54,597 nt of DNA from an uncultured Bacilli bacterium (GCA_947631105.1 CANRKD010000002.1:1-54597); one strand, 5' to 3'. Positions 27,869 through 37,669 are shown, numbered from the stretch's first letter. Numbers and translations are program-made. Notes: generated from the letters alone by a model not told the origin.

Positions 27869-29140
27869 ATGAAATTAATTACGTTACTTCCTGCTGATCA
27901 ATATATAGTAATTAATAAAACAATGCTAACGGATAAAGAACGTAAGAATTTAATTAGTTTATATGAACCAATCATTGGTTATGCTGCTATAAGTTTATAT
28001 TTAACTTTATGGCGTGATTTAGATCGTTTAGAACTTGTTAGTATGGATTATAATCATCATCATTTAATGACTTTATTAAAATGTGATTTAGAAACGATAA
28101 AAAAGGCGCGTGAATCATTAGAAAGTGTAGGGCTTATTAAAACATATCTAAAAGTGGGAGATATTAACAGTTATGTTTATGAACTTTATTCTCCAATGAG
28201 TCCTAAAGAATTTTTTTCTCATCCGATATTAAGTGTTGTTTTGTATAATAATGTTGGAAAAACAGAATATGAATTGTTAAAAAGTGAATTTCAAAATTAT
28301 AAAATTGATTTAAAAGATTATGAAGAAATTACTTCGACATTAGATAAAACTTATAAATCGAGTGGAAATACTTTATTTGAAGCTTTAGGAACTCATGAAA
28401 ATTCAATTACTACACAAGATCAAGTTGATTTTGATTTAATTTTATCTTCTATGCCTAAAGGAGTTATAAATGAACGTAGTTTTAATAAAAAAATGAAAGA
28501 ATTAATTAATAATTTAGCTTTTATTTATAATTTAGATACTCTTAAAATGATAGAATTAATTCGTCTTGTGGTGAATGAAAAAGGATATATCGATAAAGAA
28601 AATTTACGTAAAAATGCCAGAAAATACTATCAGTATAATAATAATGGCAAATTGCCCACTCTTGTTTACCGTACTCAACCAGAGTATTTAAAACATCCTT
28701 TAGGAGATAATTCAAAAAGGGGAAAAATTATTGGAGTGTTTGAGAATACAACCCCTTATGATTTTTTGAAGAGTAAATACAATGGAAGTAATCCAACCAG
28801 TCGGGATTTGAAATTATTAGAGATGTTGTTGATTGATTTAAATTTAAAACCAGCGGTAGTCAATGTGTTAATTGATTATGTGTTAAAGAAAAATAATAAT
28901 AAATTGAATACTTCTTTTGTGGAAACGATTGCAGGACAATGGAAAAGAATGAAAATTGAAACGGCCAATGACGCGATGTTAGTAGCAGAAAAAGAACATA
29001 AAAAATATAATAAAAAAATTCAAAATCCTAAAATTGAAAAATCTCCTGAACCTGTTTGGTTTAATGAAAATTTAGAGAAAGAAATAATGAGTGAAGAAGA
29101 ACAACATGAATTAGAAAGTATTTTAAATAAGTATAAATAA
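27869..29140 (+). CDS. dnaB: Replication initiation and membrane attachment protein (B. subtilis DnaB type, DnaD-like domains)
   Basis: N-terminus LLPADQYIVINKTMLTDKERKNLISLYEPIIGYAAISLYLTLW. C-terminal DnaB_2-like VVNVLIDYVLKKNNNKLNTSFVETIAGQWKR. Precedes dnaI. Confidence 0.8.
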   Translation: MKLITLLPADQYIVINKTMLTDKERKNLISLYEPIIGYAAISLYLTLWRDLDRLELVSMDYNHHHLMTLLKCDLETIKKARESLESVGLIKTYLKVGDINSYVYELYSPMSPKEFFSHPILSVVLYNNVGKTEYELLKSEFQNYKIDLKDYEEITSTLDKTYKSSGNTLFEALGTHENSITTQDQVDFDLILSSMPKGVINERSFNKKMKELINNLAFIYNLDTLKMIELIRLVVNEKGYIDKENLRKNARKYYQYNNNGKLPTLVYRTQPEYLKHPLGDNSKRGKIIGVFENTTPYDFLKSKYNGSNPTSRDLKLLEMLLIDLNLKPAVVNVLIDYVLKKNNNKLNTSFVETIAGQWKRMKIETANDAMLVAEKEHKKYNKKIQNPKIEKSPEPVWFNENLEKEIMSEEEQHELESILNKYK

Positions 29141-29151
29141 GAGGTGTAGAT

Positions 29152-30027
29152 ATGCAAGAACTAAAAGAAATTACGAAAGAAGAAGTACGTATTAAAGAAT
29201 TGAAAATAAATTTTGAAAATGCTATGAAAGATCCTAATTTTAAACAATTTATTGATCAATTACATTATCCAAAAAATATGCTTATTAAATATACTTCTAA
29301 ATTTGAAGAATGTTGTCAAGAAGTTCAAAATTGTAAACATTGTAAAGGAATATTTGAGTGTAAAAATCAGTTAGAAGGACATAGATTTTTTCCTAAAATA
29401 ATTCAAGAAAAACTTTATTTTACTTATTTGCCTTGTAAATATCAAAAAAAAGTTTTAGAAAAGGAAGAAAAGTCTTTACAAAAAATTATGATGAAAGATA
29501 TTGATCCGTCTGATAAAAAACAACTAAAAATTATTAAATGGTTGGATGATTTTTATGAAAATTTTGATTTAGTAAAATCTTTTAAAGGATTATATTTACA
29601 TGGTAGTTTTGGTTCAGGGAAGACCTATTTAATTACGGCATTATTAAATGAACTTGAAAAAACAAAACATGTTCAAATAACAATGGTGTATTTTCCTGAT
29701 GCTTTAAGAGATTTAAAAGAGGACTGGGAAAATTTTTCTTATAAAATGAAAAATTATATGGAAGTTGATATATTATTTATTGATGATATTGGAGCAGAGA
29801 AAGTAACGGAATGGGGAAGGGATGAAATCTTAGGAACTATTTTGCAAGCAAGAATGAATCATCATAAAACTACTTTTTTTACTTCTAATTTAACCATTTT
29901 AGAATTGGAAGAACATCTTTCGATAGCTAATAATAGTGTGGATAAAGTAAAATCGCGTAGAATTATTGAAAGAATTAAACAATTGACAGAGGATATGGAA
30001 TTAATAAGTGAAAATAGAAGAAAGTAA
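29152..30027 (+). CDS. dnaI: Helicase loader DnaI
   Basis: N-terminal Cys cluster (CCQEVQNCKHCKG...C), Walker A HGSFGSGKTYL, Walker B ILFIDDIG. Confidence 0.85.
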   Translation: MQELKEITKEEVRIKELKINFENAMKDPNFKQFIDQLHYPKNMLIKYTSKFEECCQEVQNCKHCKGIFECKNQLEGHRFFPKIIQEKLYFTYLPCKYQKKVLEKEEKSLQKIMMKDIDPSDKKQLKIIKWLDDFYENFDLVKSFKGLYLHGSFGSGKTYLITALLNELEKTKHVQITMVYFPDALRDLKEDWENFSYKMKNYMEVDILFIDDIGAEKVTEWGRDEILGTILQARMNHHKTTFFTSNLTILELEEHLSIANNSVDKVKSRRIIERIKQLTEDMELISENRRK

Positions 30028-30072
30028 AAAAATAATTAGCAAATAAAGTCTAATTCTTTTTTTTAAAATTAA

Positions 30073-30099
30073 TTAGCACTTGATGTTGACAAGTGCTAA
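30073..30099. promoter_or_regulatory. CIRCE element (HrcA operator)
   Basis: TTAGCACTT-N9-AAGTGCTAA is a perfect inverted repeat and differs at one position per arm from the consensus TTAGCACTC-N9-GAGTGCTAA. Confidence 0.8.
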
Positions 30100-30114
30100 T
30101 TGTGGAGTTACAAT
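30086..30114 (+). promoter_or_regulatory. SigA-type clpB promoter embedded in CIRCE
   Basis: TTGACA (30086-91, inside the CIRCE spacer and right arm), 17 nt, TACAAT (30109-14). Confidence 0.6.
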
Positions 30115-30137
30115 ACAGATACGAAAGAAGGGATATT

Positions 30138-32243
30138 ATGTATAACAATAATGAAGAAAATGTCAATGTTTTAGAAAAATATGGACGAGATATTGTGACA
30201 AGTGTTATTGATAATAAAGTTGATCCTGTAATTGGTCGCGATGATGAGATTCGTGATATTATTCGTATTTTATCAAGAAAAACTAAAAATAATCCTGTGT
30301 TAATAGGAGAACCCGGTGTTGGTAAAACGGCAATTGTGGAAGGCCTTGCCCAAAGAATTGTTGCGGGAGATGTGCCGAATAGTTTAAAAAATAAGCGTAT
30401 TTGGGAACTTGATATGGGAGCGCTTGTTGCTGGAGCTAAATATCGTGGGGAATTTGAAGAACGTTTAAAAGCTGTATTAAAAGAAATCAAAGATAGTGAT
30501 GGAGAAATCATTATGTTTATTGATGAAATTCACATGATTGTTGGTAGTGGAGGTGAAGGTGCGATGGACACTGGAAACCTTTTAAAACCAATGCTAGCTC
30601 GTGGTGAGGTTAAGTTAATTGGAGCGACTACTTTAAATGAATATCGAAAATTTATTGAAAAAGATGGAGCTTTGGAACGCCGTCTTCAAAAGGTAATGGT
30701 GCGCGAACCAAATGTGATGGATACAATCACTATTTTACGTGGTTTAAAAGAACGTTTTGAAGTGTTTCATAAAGTGAGTATTAAGGATAATGCTTTGGTA
30801 GCAGCAGCAACTCTTAGTGATCGATATATTACTGATCGTTTTTTACCAGATAAAGCTATAGATTTAGTGGATGAGGCATGTGCAACCATAAAAATGCAAA
30901 TGGATTCTGTTCCTGTTGAATTAGATACATTGACGCGTGATATTATGCGTCTTGAAATTGAAAAAGAGGCTTTAAAAAAGGAAAAAGATGAGTTAAGTAA
31001 AAACCGATTAGCAACTATTAATAATGAATTAAATGAGTTAAAAGAGAAAGAAAAATCTTTACGTACTACTTGGGAAGAGGAAAAATCAGTTAATGATCGC
31101 ATAAATGCCAAAAAGGAAGAGTTAGAAACTGCGCGACATCAATTAAATATTGCCGAAAGTAATTACGATTTGGAAACAAGTGCCAAATTGCGTCATGGTA
31201 CTATACCTACTTTAGAAAAAGAGTTAGAAGAATTAAAACAAAATGCAAATTCAAGTATGTTATCGGATACAGTCAGTGATGAAGATATTGCTGCTATTAT
31301 TTCTAAATGGACAAATATACCCGTAAAGAAGTTAGTTAGTGGAGAAAAAGAAAAATTATTGCAATTAGAAAGTAACTTAAAACGAAGAGTAAAAGGCCAA
31401 GATGATGCCTTAAATCTTGTTAGTGAAGCAATTATTCGAGCAAGAAGTGGTATAAAAGATCCAAATCGCCCAATTGGTTCCTTCATTTTTTTAGGTCCTA
31501 CAGGAGTTGGAAAAACAGAAGTTGCTAAATCTTTAGCTAATGAATTATTTGATGATGAGCGTCATATGGTTCGAATTGATTGTTCTGAATATATGGAAGC
31601 TTTTAATGTTAGTCGTTTACTTGGAGCTCCTCCTGGATATGTTGGATATGATGAAGGAGGAGAACTTACTGAAGCGGTACGAAGAAATCCATTCTCTATT
31701 GTATTGTTTGATGAAATTGAAAAAGCTCATAAAGATGTATTCAATATCTTACTACAAATTCTAGATGATGGACGTATTACAGATAGCCAAGGTAGAACAG
31801 TAGATTTTAAAAATACAATCATTATTATGACAAGTAATTTAGGTAGTGAATATATTTTGGAAGATCAAGAAAATAGTAAAGAACTAGTAATGAATGAACT
31901 TAAAAATACATTCCGTCCAGAATTTATTAATCGTATTGATGAAATTATTGTATTTAAATCATTAACAAAAGAAGTAGTGAATGATATCTTAGATAAGATT
32001 TTAAAAGAAATTGAAGAACGTTTAGTACCAAGTAATATTAAATTAGAATTAACGCCAGAGGCACGAACTAAAATTATTGAAGAATCTTATGATAAAAATT
32101 ATGGGGCACGTCCTATAAAAAGATACGTTACCAAACATATTGAAAATGTTTTAGCTCATTTATTACTAGAAGATCAAGTAGAATTTAATGACACTTTGTT
32201 AATTGATGTTAAAAATAATGAGTATGTAATTACAGTAAAATAG
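30138..32243 (+). CDS. clpB: ClpB disaggregase lacking the N-terminal Clp_N domain
   Basis: Starts about 20 aa before [46 protein letters not shown]. Has a long coiled-coil M-domain and a second AAA+ module ([11 protein letters not shown]). ATG 30138 is used because the GTG at 30093 lies inside CIRCE. Confidence 0.92.
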   Translation: MYNNNEENVNVLEKYGRDIVTSVIDNKVDPVIGRDDEIRDIIRILSRKTKNNPVLIGEPGVGKTAIVEGLAQRIVAGDVPNSLKNKRIWELDMGALVAGAKYRGEFEERLKAVLKEIKDSDGEIIMFIDEIHMIVGSGGEGAMDTGNLLKPMLARGEVKLIGATTLNEYRKFIEKDGALERRLQKVMVREPNVMDTITILRGLKERFEVFHKVSIKDNALVAAATLSDRYITDRFLPDKAIDLVDEACATIKMQMDSVPVELDTLTRDIMRLEIEKEALKKEKDELSKNRLATINNELNELKEKEKSLRTTWEEEKSVNDRINAKKEELETARHQLNIAESNYDLETSAKLRHGTIPTLEKELEELKQNANSSMLSDTVSDEDIAAIISKWTNIPVKKLVSGEKEKLLQLESNLKRRVKGQDDALNLVSEAIIRARSGIKDPNRPIGSFIFLGPTGVGKTEVAKSLANELFDDERHMVRIDCSEYMEAFNVSRLLGAPPGYVGYDEGGELTEAVRRNPFSIVLFDEIEKAHKDVFNILLQILDDGRITDSQGRTVDFKNTIIIMTSNLGSEYILEDQENSKELVMNELKNTFRPEFINRIDEIIVFKSLTKEVVNDILDKILKEIEERLVPSNIKLELTPEARTKIIEESYDKNYGARPIKRYVTKHIENVLAHLLLEDQVEFNDTLLIDVKNNEYVITVK

Positions 32244-32294
32244 GTAATTGTAAATATTATCTATTTTTTCTTTTTTAGAAATTTTTAATTTTAT

Positions 32295-32323
32295 TTGACT
32301 TCTTTTTGTTTGGGTGCTACTAT
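32295..32323 (+). promoter_or_regulatory. Promoter of the Thr T-box leader
   Basis: TTGACT (32295-300), 17 nt, TGcTACTAT (32315-23). Confidence 0.5.
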
Positions 32324-32329
32324 AAATTC

Positions 32330-32527
32330 ATAAATCGTTTTAAGAAAGACACGATAATATTATTAGCTTTTTATAGAGAGTTTGTGGTGGGTGAAAACAA
32401 ATAAAAGAATAATATTATTACTACTTTCTAGAGGGATTAATACTCCCCGGTAAAAGCCGTTATCAAAAATTAAGATTAAATAGGATGGTACCGCGTCTAT
32501 GACGTTCCTTGGTATTGTCCTTTTTTT
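32330..32527 (+). promoter_or_regulatory. T-box riboswitch, Thr specifier (ACU at 32420-32422)
   Basis: AGAGAG bulge, distal loop GGTGGGTGAAA, ACT followed by A, F-box CCGTTA, T-box AATAGGATGGTACCGCG. Terminator GGATGGTACC/GGTATTGTCC plus T7. Confidence 0.85.
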
Positions 32528-32545
32528 AATGAAAGTGAGGTTACT

Positions 32546-33175
32546 ATGACGATTGAAGTATTTACTCAATCAGCTATCAAATTAAGTGGACAAGAAAACA
32601 TTTATTTTGACCCTTTTAAAATTATTAAAGAGTATCATGATGCCGATTTTATTTTTATAACTCATGATCATTATGATCACTATGAGGAAATTTCACTTAA
32701 AAAAGTTATGAATGAAGAAAGTGTTTTAATTGTTCCTAAAATACTTAAAGATAAGGCCAAAACTATAACTCAAAATGTTTTTGTAGTGGAACCTAATAAC
32801 CATTATGAATTAGGAAATATCGCTTTTGATACTTTACCGGCTTATAATAAAACGAAGGAATTTCATCCTAAAAGTAAGGAATATGTCGGTTATAATGTGA
32901 TGATTGAAGGAGTAAAATATTATGTTATGGGGGATACAGATGTTGTTGATGAAATAAAACAAGTTAAAACAGATTTTTGTTTTGTACCTATCGGGGGATA
33001 TTATACGATGGATGTTAATGATGCGGCGGAGTATATTAATGAAATAAAACCGAAAAAAGTCATGCCTATTCATTATGGTAGTATTATTGGTGACATTTCT
33101 TTACAAGAAGATTTTAAAAAATTAGTAAATGATAATATTGAGGTTGAAATATTAATTAAGGAGGAAGAAAAATGA
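32546..33175 (+). CDS. MBL-fold metallo-hydrolase
   Basis: THDHYDH metal motif and later H/D ligands. First gene after the Thr T-box. Stop overlaps the thrS ATG (ATGA). Confidence 0.8.
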   Translation: MTIEVFTQSAIKLSGQENIYFDPFKIIKEYHDADFIFITHDHYDHYEEISLKKVMNEESVLIVPKILKDKAKTITQNVFVVEPNNHYELGNIAFDTLPAYNKTKEFHPKSKEYVGYNVMIEGVKYYVMGDTDVVDEIKQVKTDFCFVPIGGYYTMDVNDAAEYINEIKPKKVMPIHYGSIIGDISLQEDFKKLVNDNIEVEILIKEEEK

Positions 33176-34926
33176 TAAATTTTAAAGAAGATGAATATTT
33201 AAATAAATTAAACCACAGTTGTGCACATATGATGGCTCAAGCCGTTAAGCATTTATGGCCTGATGCTAAATTTTGGGTAGGACCTGTTATTGATACCGGA
33301 TTTTACTATGATATTGATTTAGGGGATAAAGTAATTAATGATGAAGATATTTCAGCTATCGAACGAGAAATGAAAAAAATAAGTAAAGATGGCAAAAGAA
33401 TTGTTCGTCATGAAATTAGTAAGAGTGAGGCTTTAGAGCAATTTAAAGATGATCCCTATAAAATTGATTTGATTAGTCGTATGGATGAAGATAATACTGT
33501 TATTTCAACTTATTCTCAAGGTGATTTTACTGATCTTTGTCGTGGACCGCATGTAGATACTGTAAAAGAATGTAAATATTTTAAATTAATTAAATTTAGT
33601 GGAGCTTACTGGAAAGGGGATAAAAACAACAAAGTTTTACAACGTATTTATGGGGTTTGTTTTCCAACTGAAGAGGAATTAAATGCTTATTTAGAAGAGT
33701 TAGAAGAAGCCAAAATGCGTGACCATCGTAAGCTTGGAAAAGATTTAGGAATTTTTATGACAAATGACTTAGTGGGAAAAGGACTTCCTATGTATTTACC
33801 TAATGGTTATATTGTTTGGGAAGAATTAGAAAATTATATTAAAGGCAAAGAAAAAAAGATTGGTTATAAACATGTTTTAACGCCACCTCTTGGTAATGTT
33901 GAACTTTATAAAACGAGTGGTCATTGGGACCATTATAAAGATGACATGTTTCCTAAAATGGAAGTAGAAGGAGAAGAATTTGTTCTTCGTCCAATGAATT
34001 GTCCTCATCATATGATGATTTATGCTAATTCTATTCATTCGTATCGAGATTTACCAATTCGGATTGGAGAAATTGCTCGTGATTGTCGATTTGAATCAAG
34101 TGGTTCTTTAAAAGGGATTGAAAGAGTAAGAAGTTTTTGTCAAAATGACGCTCATTTATTTTTAACTCCTGAACAAATTGAGGCAGAATTTAAATCGGTT
34201 GTAGATTTAATACTAGAAGTTTATAAAGAGTTAAATATTACCAATTATCATTTTGAACTTTCTTTAAGAGATCCTAAAGACACCAAAAAATACCATCAAG
34301 ATGATGAAATGTGGAATATGGCTGAAAATACGCTACGTAAAGTATTAGATGATATTGGTATTCCTTATATTGAACGTATTGGTGAAGCAGCATTTTATGG
34401 ACCTAAATTAGATGTTCAAGTAAAACCAGCAGTTGGTAATGAATATACTTTGTCTACTTGTCAACTTGATTTTTGTCTTCCAAGTAAATTTAATTTAACA
34501 TATGTAGATAAAGATGGTATTAAGAAAACGCCAGTCGTTATTCATCGAGCTGTATTTGGGTCACTCGATCGCTTTATTGCTTATTACTTAGAAGAAACTA
34601 AAGGAGCTTTACCATTGTGGTTATCTCCAATTCAAGTAAATATCTTACCCGTAAATAATGAGTATCATTTAAATTATGCTGAAGAAATTTATAATTTATT
34701 AAAAAATGAAAATATTCGGGTTGAGTTAGATGAACGGGAAGAAAAGGTTGGATATAGAATGCGCGAGTCTGTCATGAAAAAGGTACCATTTACTTTGATA
34801 TTAGGTCAAAAAGAAGTAGAAAATGAAACGATTTCTTACCGTAAATATGGAAGTGAAGATACTCATACGTTAGCTAAAGATGAATTTGTAAATTTAATTA
34901 AACAAAGTATTGAAGAGAAAAAATAA
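33172..34926 (+). CDS. thrS: Threonine-tRNA ligase without the N-terminal TGS domain
   Basis: Begins in the editing (SAD) domain (HSCAHMMAQAV...GFYYD). Class II core (RPMNCPHH, FCQNDAHLF) and anticodon-binding domain present. 584 aa. Confidence 0.95.
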   Translation: MINFKEDEYLNKLNHSCAHMMAQAVKHLWPDAKFWVGPVIDTGFYYDIDLGDKVINDEDISAIEREMKKISKDGKRIVRHEISKSEALEQFKDDPYKIDLISRMDEDNTVISTYSQGDFTDLCRGPHVDTVKECKYFKLIKFSGAYWKGDKNNKVLQRIYGVCFPTEEELNAYLEELEEAKMRDHRKLGKDLGIFMTNDLVGKGLPMYLPNGYIVWEELENYIKGKEKKIGYKHVLTPPLGNVELYKTSGHWDHYKDDMFPKMEVEGEEFVLRPMNCPHHMMIYANSIHSYRDLPIRIGEIARDCRFESSGSLKGIERVRSFCQNDAHLFLTPEQIEAEFKSVVDLILEVYKELNITNYHFELSLRDPKDTKKYHQDDEMWNMAENTLRKVLDDIGIPYIERIGEAAFYGPKLDVQVKPAVGNEYTLSTCQLDFCLPSKFNLTYVDKDGIKKTPVVIHRAVFGSLDRFIAYYLEETKGALPLWLSPIQVNILPVNNEYHLNYAEEIYNLLKNENIRVELDEREEKVGYRMRESVMKKVPFTLILGQKEVENETISYRKYGSEDTHTLAKDEFVNLIKQSIEEKK

Positions 34927-35279
34927 TGGAGATTGATTCTATTTTAGAAAGATTATCTCATTCTAAATTTCGTAGTTCCTTTTATTTAAAAGAAAAAGAT
35001 ATTCACTATATTAAAGAAAAAGGTTTAGAAACTATTAAAAAGCATGCTCAAGATTTTATAAAAAAACGTCTTGCACCCGCCATTATTATAAATGACGGCA
35101 AGCAAACTCCCATGAGGGGTCATCCTGTATTCATTGCTCAGCATGCAACTGCTACTTGTTGTCGTAGCTGCTTACAAAAGTGGTATCATATTCCTAAAAA
35201 TAGGGAATTAACCAGTGAAGAACAAGAAAGAATTGTGGAGATACTACTATATTGGATCAATAAAGAATTAAAGCAATGA
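34926..35279 (+). CDS. Small conserved Cys-containing protein (recalls DUF4186-type proteins)
   Basis: HPVFIAQHATATCCRSCLQKWYHIPK. ATG overlaps the thrS TAA by 1 nt. The family name is from memory only. Confidence 0.5.
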   Translation: MEIDSILERLSHSKFRSSFYLKEKDIHYIKEKGLETIKKHAQDFIKKRLAPAIIINDGKQTPMRGHPVFIAQHATATCCRSCLQKWYHIPKNRELTSEEQERIVEILLYWINKELKQ

Positions 35280-35333
35280 TTTGCTTTTTTTTAATTATTG
35301 TGGTAGTCTAAATGGAACGAAAAGGGGGGTATT

Positions 35334-36047
35334 ATGAAAGTACATACAACTAAGCAGGAGATTTTAAAAGATAGTGTAGAACTTTCTAAATATTTAGGGG
35401 TAGAACTTCAAAACTGTGAAAGTGAAATTGTTTTAAAAGATCATATTCTTTATAAAGTTATTGATGAAAATTTTCGAAACCAGAAAAAACCAATAATGGA
35501 GTTTTTGCATGATATAAATCATCAATTGCCTATTGATATCTATGATCTTTTTTATGAAAATGGCCATTTTTTTGCTTATTCTATGGAATTTTATGAACAG
35601 TATAACACTTTATATCACCTTTTAAATTCTTCGATTTCTTTACAAGAAAGAAAACAAATTGCCAAAGAATTGATTCAGCTCTATAAACAACTATTAGATT
35701 TAAAAATCATTTATTTTGATTGGCATTCTAAAAATGTTTTATATCATGATATTTTAAAATTATTGGATATTGATTCAGGAAAAATGACTTGTAGTTCTCG
35801 TTATGATGCCATAGCTAGAAGAAATCTTTTTTGTTTATGCCTTTCCTTATTAATTGGAATTGATTTAGATTTTGATTTACGTCTCGGAGAATATTCCCAA
35901 AAATCATTATTGTATGAATTATTTTCTAATGAAGAAGTTGCACTGTGTGAAACTATGCCATTAGATTTGGCATATATGGAACAAACGATTGATACATTTA
36001 CTTCTACTATGGTTGATTGTCAAAAAGAACTGATTTTAAAATATTGA
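35334..36047 (+). CDS. Protein-kinase-like-fold protein, unknown substrate
   Basis: IIYFDWHSKNVLY (D-x-H-x-x-N catalytic-loop-like) followed by LLDIDSG (DFG-like). 237 aa with no Gly-rich loop. Confidence 0.45.
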   Translation: MKVHTTKQEILKDSVELSKYLGVELQNCESEIVLKDHILYKVIDENFRNQKKPIMEFLHDINHQLPIDIYDLFYENGHFFAYSMEFYEQYNTLYHLLNSSISLQERKQIAKELIQLYKQLLDLKIIYFDWHSKNVLYHDILKLLDIDSGKMTCSSRYDAIARRNLFCLCLSLLIGIDLDFDLRLGEYSQKSLLYELFSNEEVALCETMPLDLAYMEQTIDTFTSTMVDCQKELILKY

Positions 36048-36073
36048 TTCTTTTTGTTATTTTGTGATATACT
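36044..36073 (+). promoter_or_regulatory. Promoter of the Ser T-box leader
   Basis: TTGATT (36044-49), 18 nt, TGaTATACT (36065-73). Confidence 0.5.
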
Positions 36074-36079
36074 TTATTA

Positions 36080-36276
36080 AATCAAAGAAAAGATTAGTAA
36101 TAATTTTTACTTTTTTAAGAGAGTTTGTGGTGGGTGAAAACAAATAAAAGAAAAGTTATGAATCTACTTTTTAGAGGGATTAATACTCCTCGGGTAAAAC
36201 CGTTATCTAAAATTAAGTGAAATAAAGGATGGTACCGCAGAATTGCTCCTTAAAGGATGGAATTCTGCGTTTTTTT
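36080..36276 (+). promoter_or_regulatory. T-box riboswitch, Ser specifier (UCU at 36163-36165)
   Basis: Same core as the Thr leader. TCT followed by A, F-box CCGTTA, T-box AAAGGATGGTACCGCAG. Terminator CGCAGAATT (36236-44)/AATTCTGCG (36261-69) plus T7. Confidence 0.85.
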
Positions 36277-36298
36277 ATAAAAGAAAGGAAATGAGTTT

Positions 36299-37585
36299 AT
36301 GTTAGATATTAAATTTATTCGAGAAAATAAAGAATTAGTAAAGGAGAATATTAAGAAAAAGTTTCAAGAGGAAAAACTTGGCTTAGTGGATGAGGTCATT
36401 TTATTAGATCAACAGTTAAGAGATTATAAAACAAAAGGAGATACTTTAAGAAAAGATCGTAATCAATTAAGTGATGAAATTGGGCAGTTATTTCGCGATA
36501 AAAAAACAGAAGAAGCAAATTTAAAAAAAGAAGAAGTTATTGAAATTAATAATCAATTAATAGAGATAGAAAAACAAGAAAGTACATTGGCTGAACAATT
36601 AAAAGAAAAAATGTTAATTATTCCTCAAATGATTGATGCATCTGTTCCTATTGGAAAGGATGATAGCGAGAATGTGGAAATTGAGCGTTTTGGAGAAGCT
36701 TTTGTTCCAGATTATGAAATACCTTATCATGCTGATATTTGTGCTTCATTAAATGGTTTGGATAAAGATAGTGCGGGTAGAACGAGTGGAAATGGCTTTT
36801 ATTATTTAGTAGGAGATGTAGCTCGATTACATGAAGCTATTATTGCTTATGCACGTGATTTTATGATTGGTAAAGGTTTTACTTATTGTATTCCACCATT
36901 TATGATTAGAAGTGATGTTGTTACAGGTGTTATGTCTTTTACAGAAATGGAAGATATGATGTATAAAATCGAAAATGAAGATTTATATTTAATTGGGACC
37001 TCAGAGCATAGTATGATTGGAAAATTTAAAGGCCAAATTATTGATGAAAAAGATTTACCCATTACTATGACTTCGTATTCTCCATGTTTTCGAAAAGAAG
37101 TTGGGGCTCATGGCATTGAAGAAAGAGGTCTTTACAGAGTTCATCAATTTGAAAAGCAAGAAATGGTGGTATTGTGTAAACCAGAGGAAGCAATGGATTG
37201 GTACAATAAAATGTGGAATTATACCGTTGAATTTTTTAGAAGTTTAGGTATTTGTGTACGTACTTTAGAATGTTGTAGTGGAGATTTGGCTGATTTAAAA
37301 GTAAAATCTTGTGATATTGAAGCTTGGAGTCCAAGACAACAAAAATATTTCGAGGTAGGATCTTGTTCTACTTTAGGGGATGCACAAGCAAGAAGATTAG
37401 GTATACGAATGAAAACGGAAAATGGTAATAAATTTGTTGCTACTTTAAATAACACTTTAATCGCTAGTCCTCGTGCATTGATTGCTATTTTAGAGCAATG
37501 CTATCAACAAGATGGTAGTGTTCAAATTCCTAAAGTATTACAACCATATATGGGAGGATTGGAAATTTTACAACCAAAACAATGA
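36299..37585 (+). CDS. serS: Serine-tRNA ligase
   Basis: N-terminal coiled-coil arm (MLDIKFIRENKELV...) and a class II core (RVHQFEKQE, GSCSTLGDAQARRL). Confidence 0.95.
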   Translation: MLDIKFIRENKELVKENIKKKFQEEKLGLVDEVILLDQQLRDYKTKGDTLRKDRNQLSDEIGQLFRDKKTEEANLKKEEVIEINNQLIEIEKQESTLAEQLKEKMLIIPQMIDASVPIGKDDSENVEIERFGEAFVPDYEIPYHADICASLNGLDKDSAGRTSGNGFYYLVGDVARLHEAIIAYARDFMIGKGFTYCIPPFMIRSDVVTGVMSFTEMEDMMYKIENEDLYLIGTSEHSMIGKFKGQIIDEKDLPITMTSYSPCFRKEVGAHGIEERGLYRVHQFEKQEMVVLCKPEEAMDWYNKMWNYTVEFFRSLGICVRTLECCSGDLADLKVKSCDIEAWSPRQQKYFEVGSCSTLGDAQARRLGIRMKTENGNKFVATLNNTLIASPRALIAILEQCYQQDGSVQIPKVLQPYMGGLEILQPKQ

Positions 37586-37609
37586 ATATGAAAAACATAT
37601 TCTTTTTTT
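37584..37609 (+). terminator. Rho-independent terminator after serS
   Basis: GAATATG, loop AAAAA, CATATTC, then T7. Confidence 0.7.
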
Positions 37610-37613
37610 ATTT

Positions 37614-37642
37614 TTGACATTTTCTTTAAAATAAGTTAGAAT
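37614..37642 (+). promoter_or_regulatory. SigA-type promoter of the MPE-NTase gene
   Basis: TTGACA (37614-19), 17 nt, TAGAAT (37637-42). Confidence 0.6.
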
Positions 37643-37669
37643 ACAATCATTTAAAAAGGGGGAATAATT

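Noticed and set aside
30050-30511. 153-aa minus-strand ORF and other alternate-frame ORFs within clpB (30767-31111, 31193-31486, 31540-31764).
   Set aside because: They are embedded in the clpB coding region, and the first would also run through the CIRCE/promoter. There is no support beyond an open frame.
32363-32569. 68-aa minus-strand ORF upstream of the MBL gene.
   Set aside because: The region is a T-box riboswitch on the plus strand, with all conserved boxes present.
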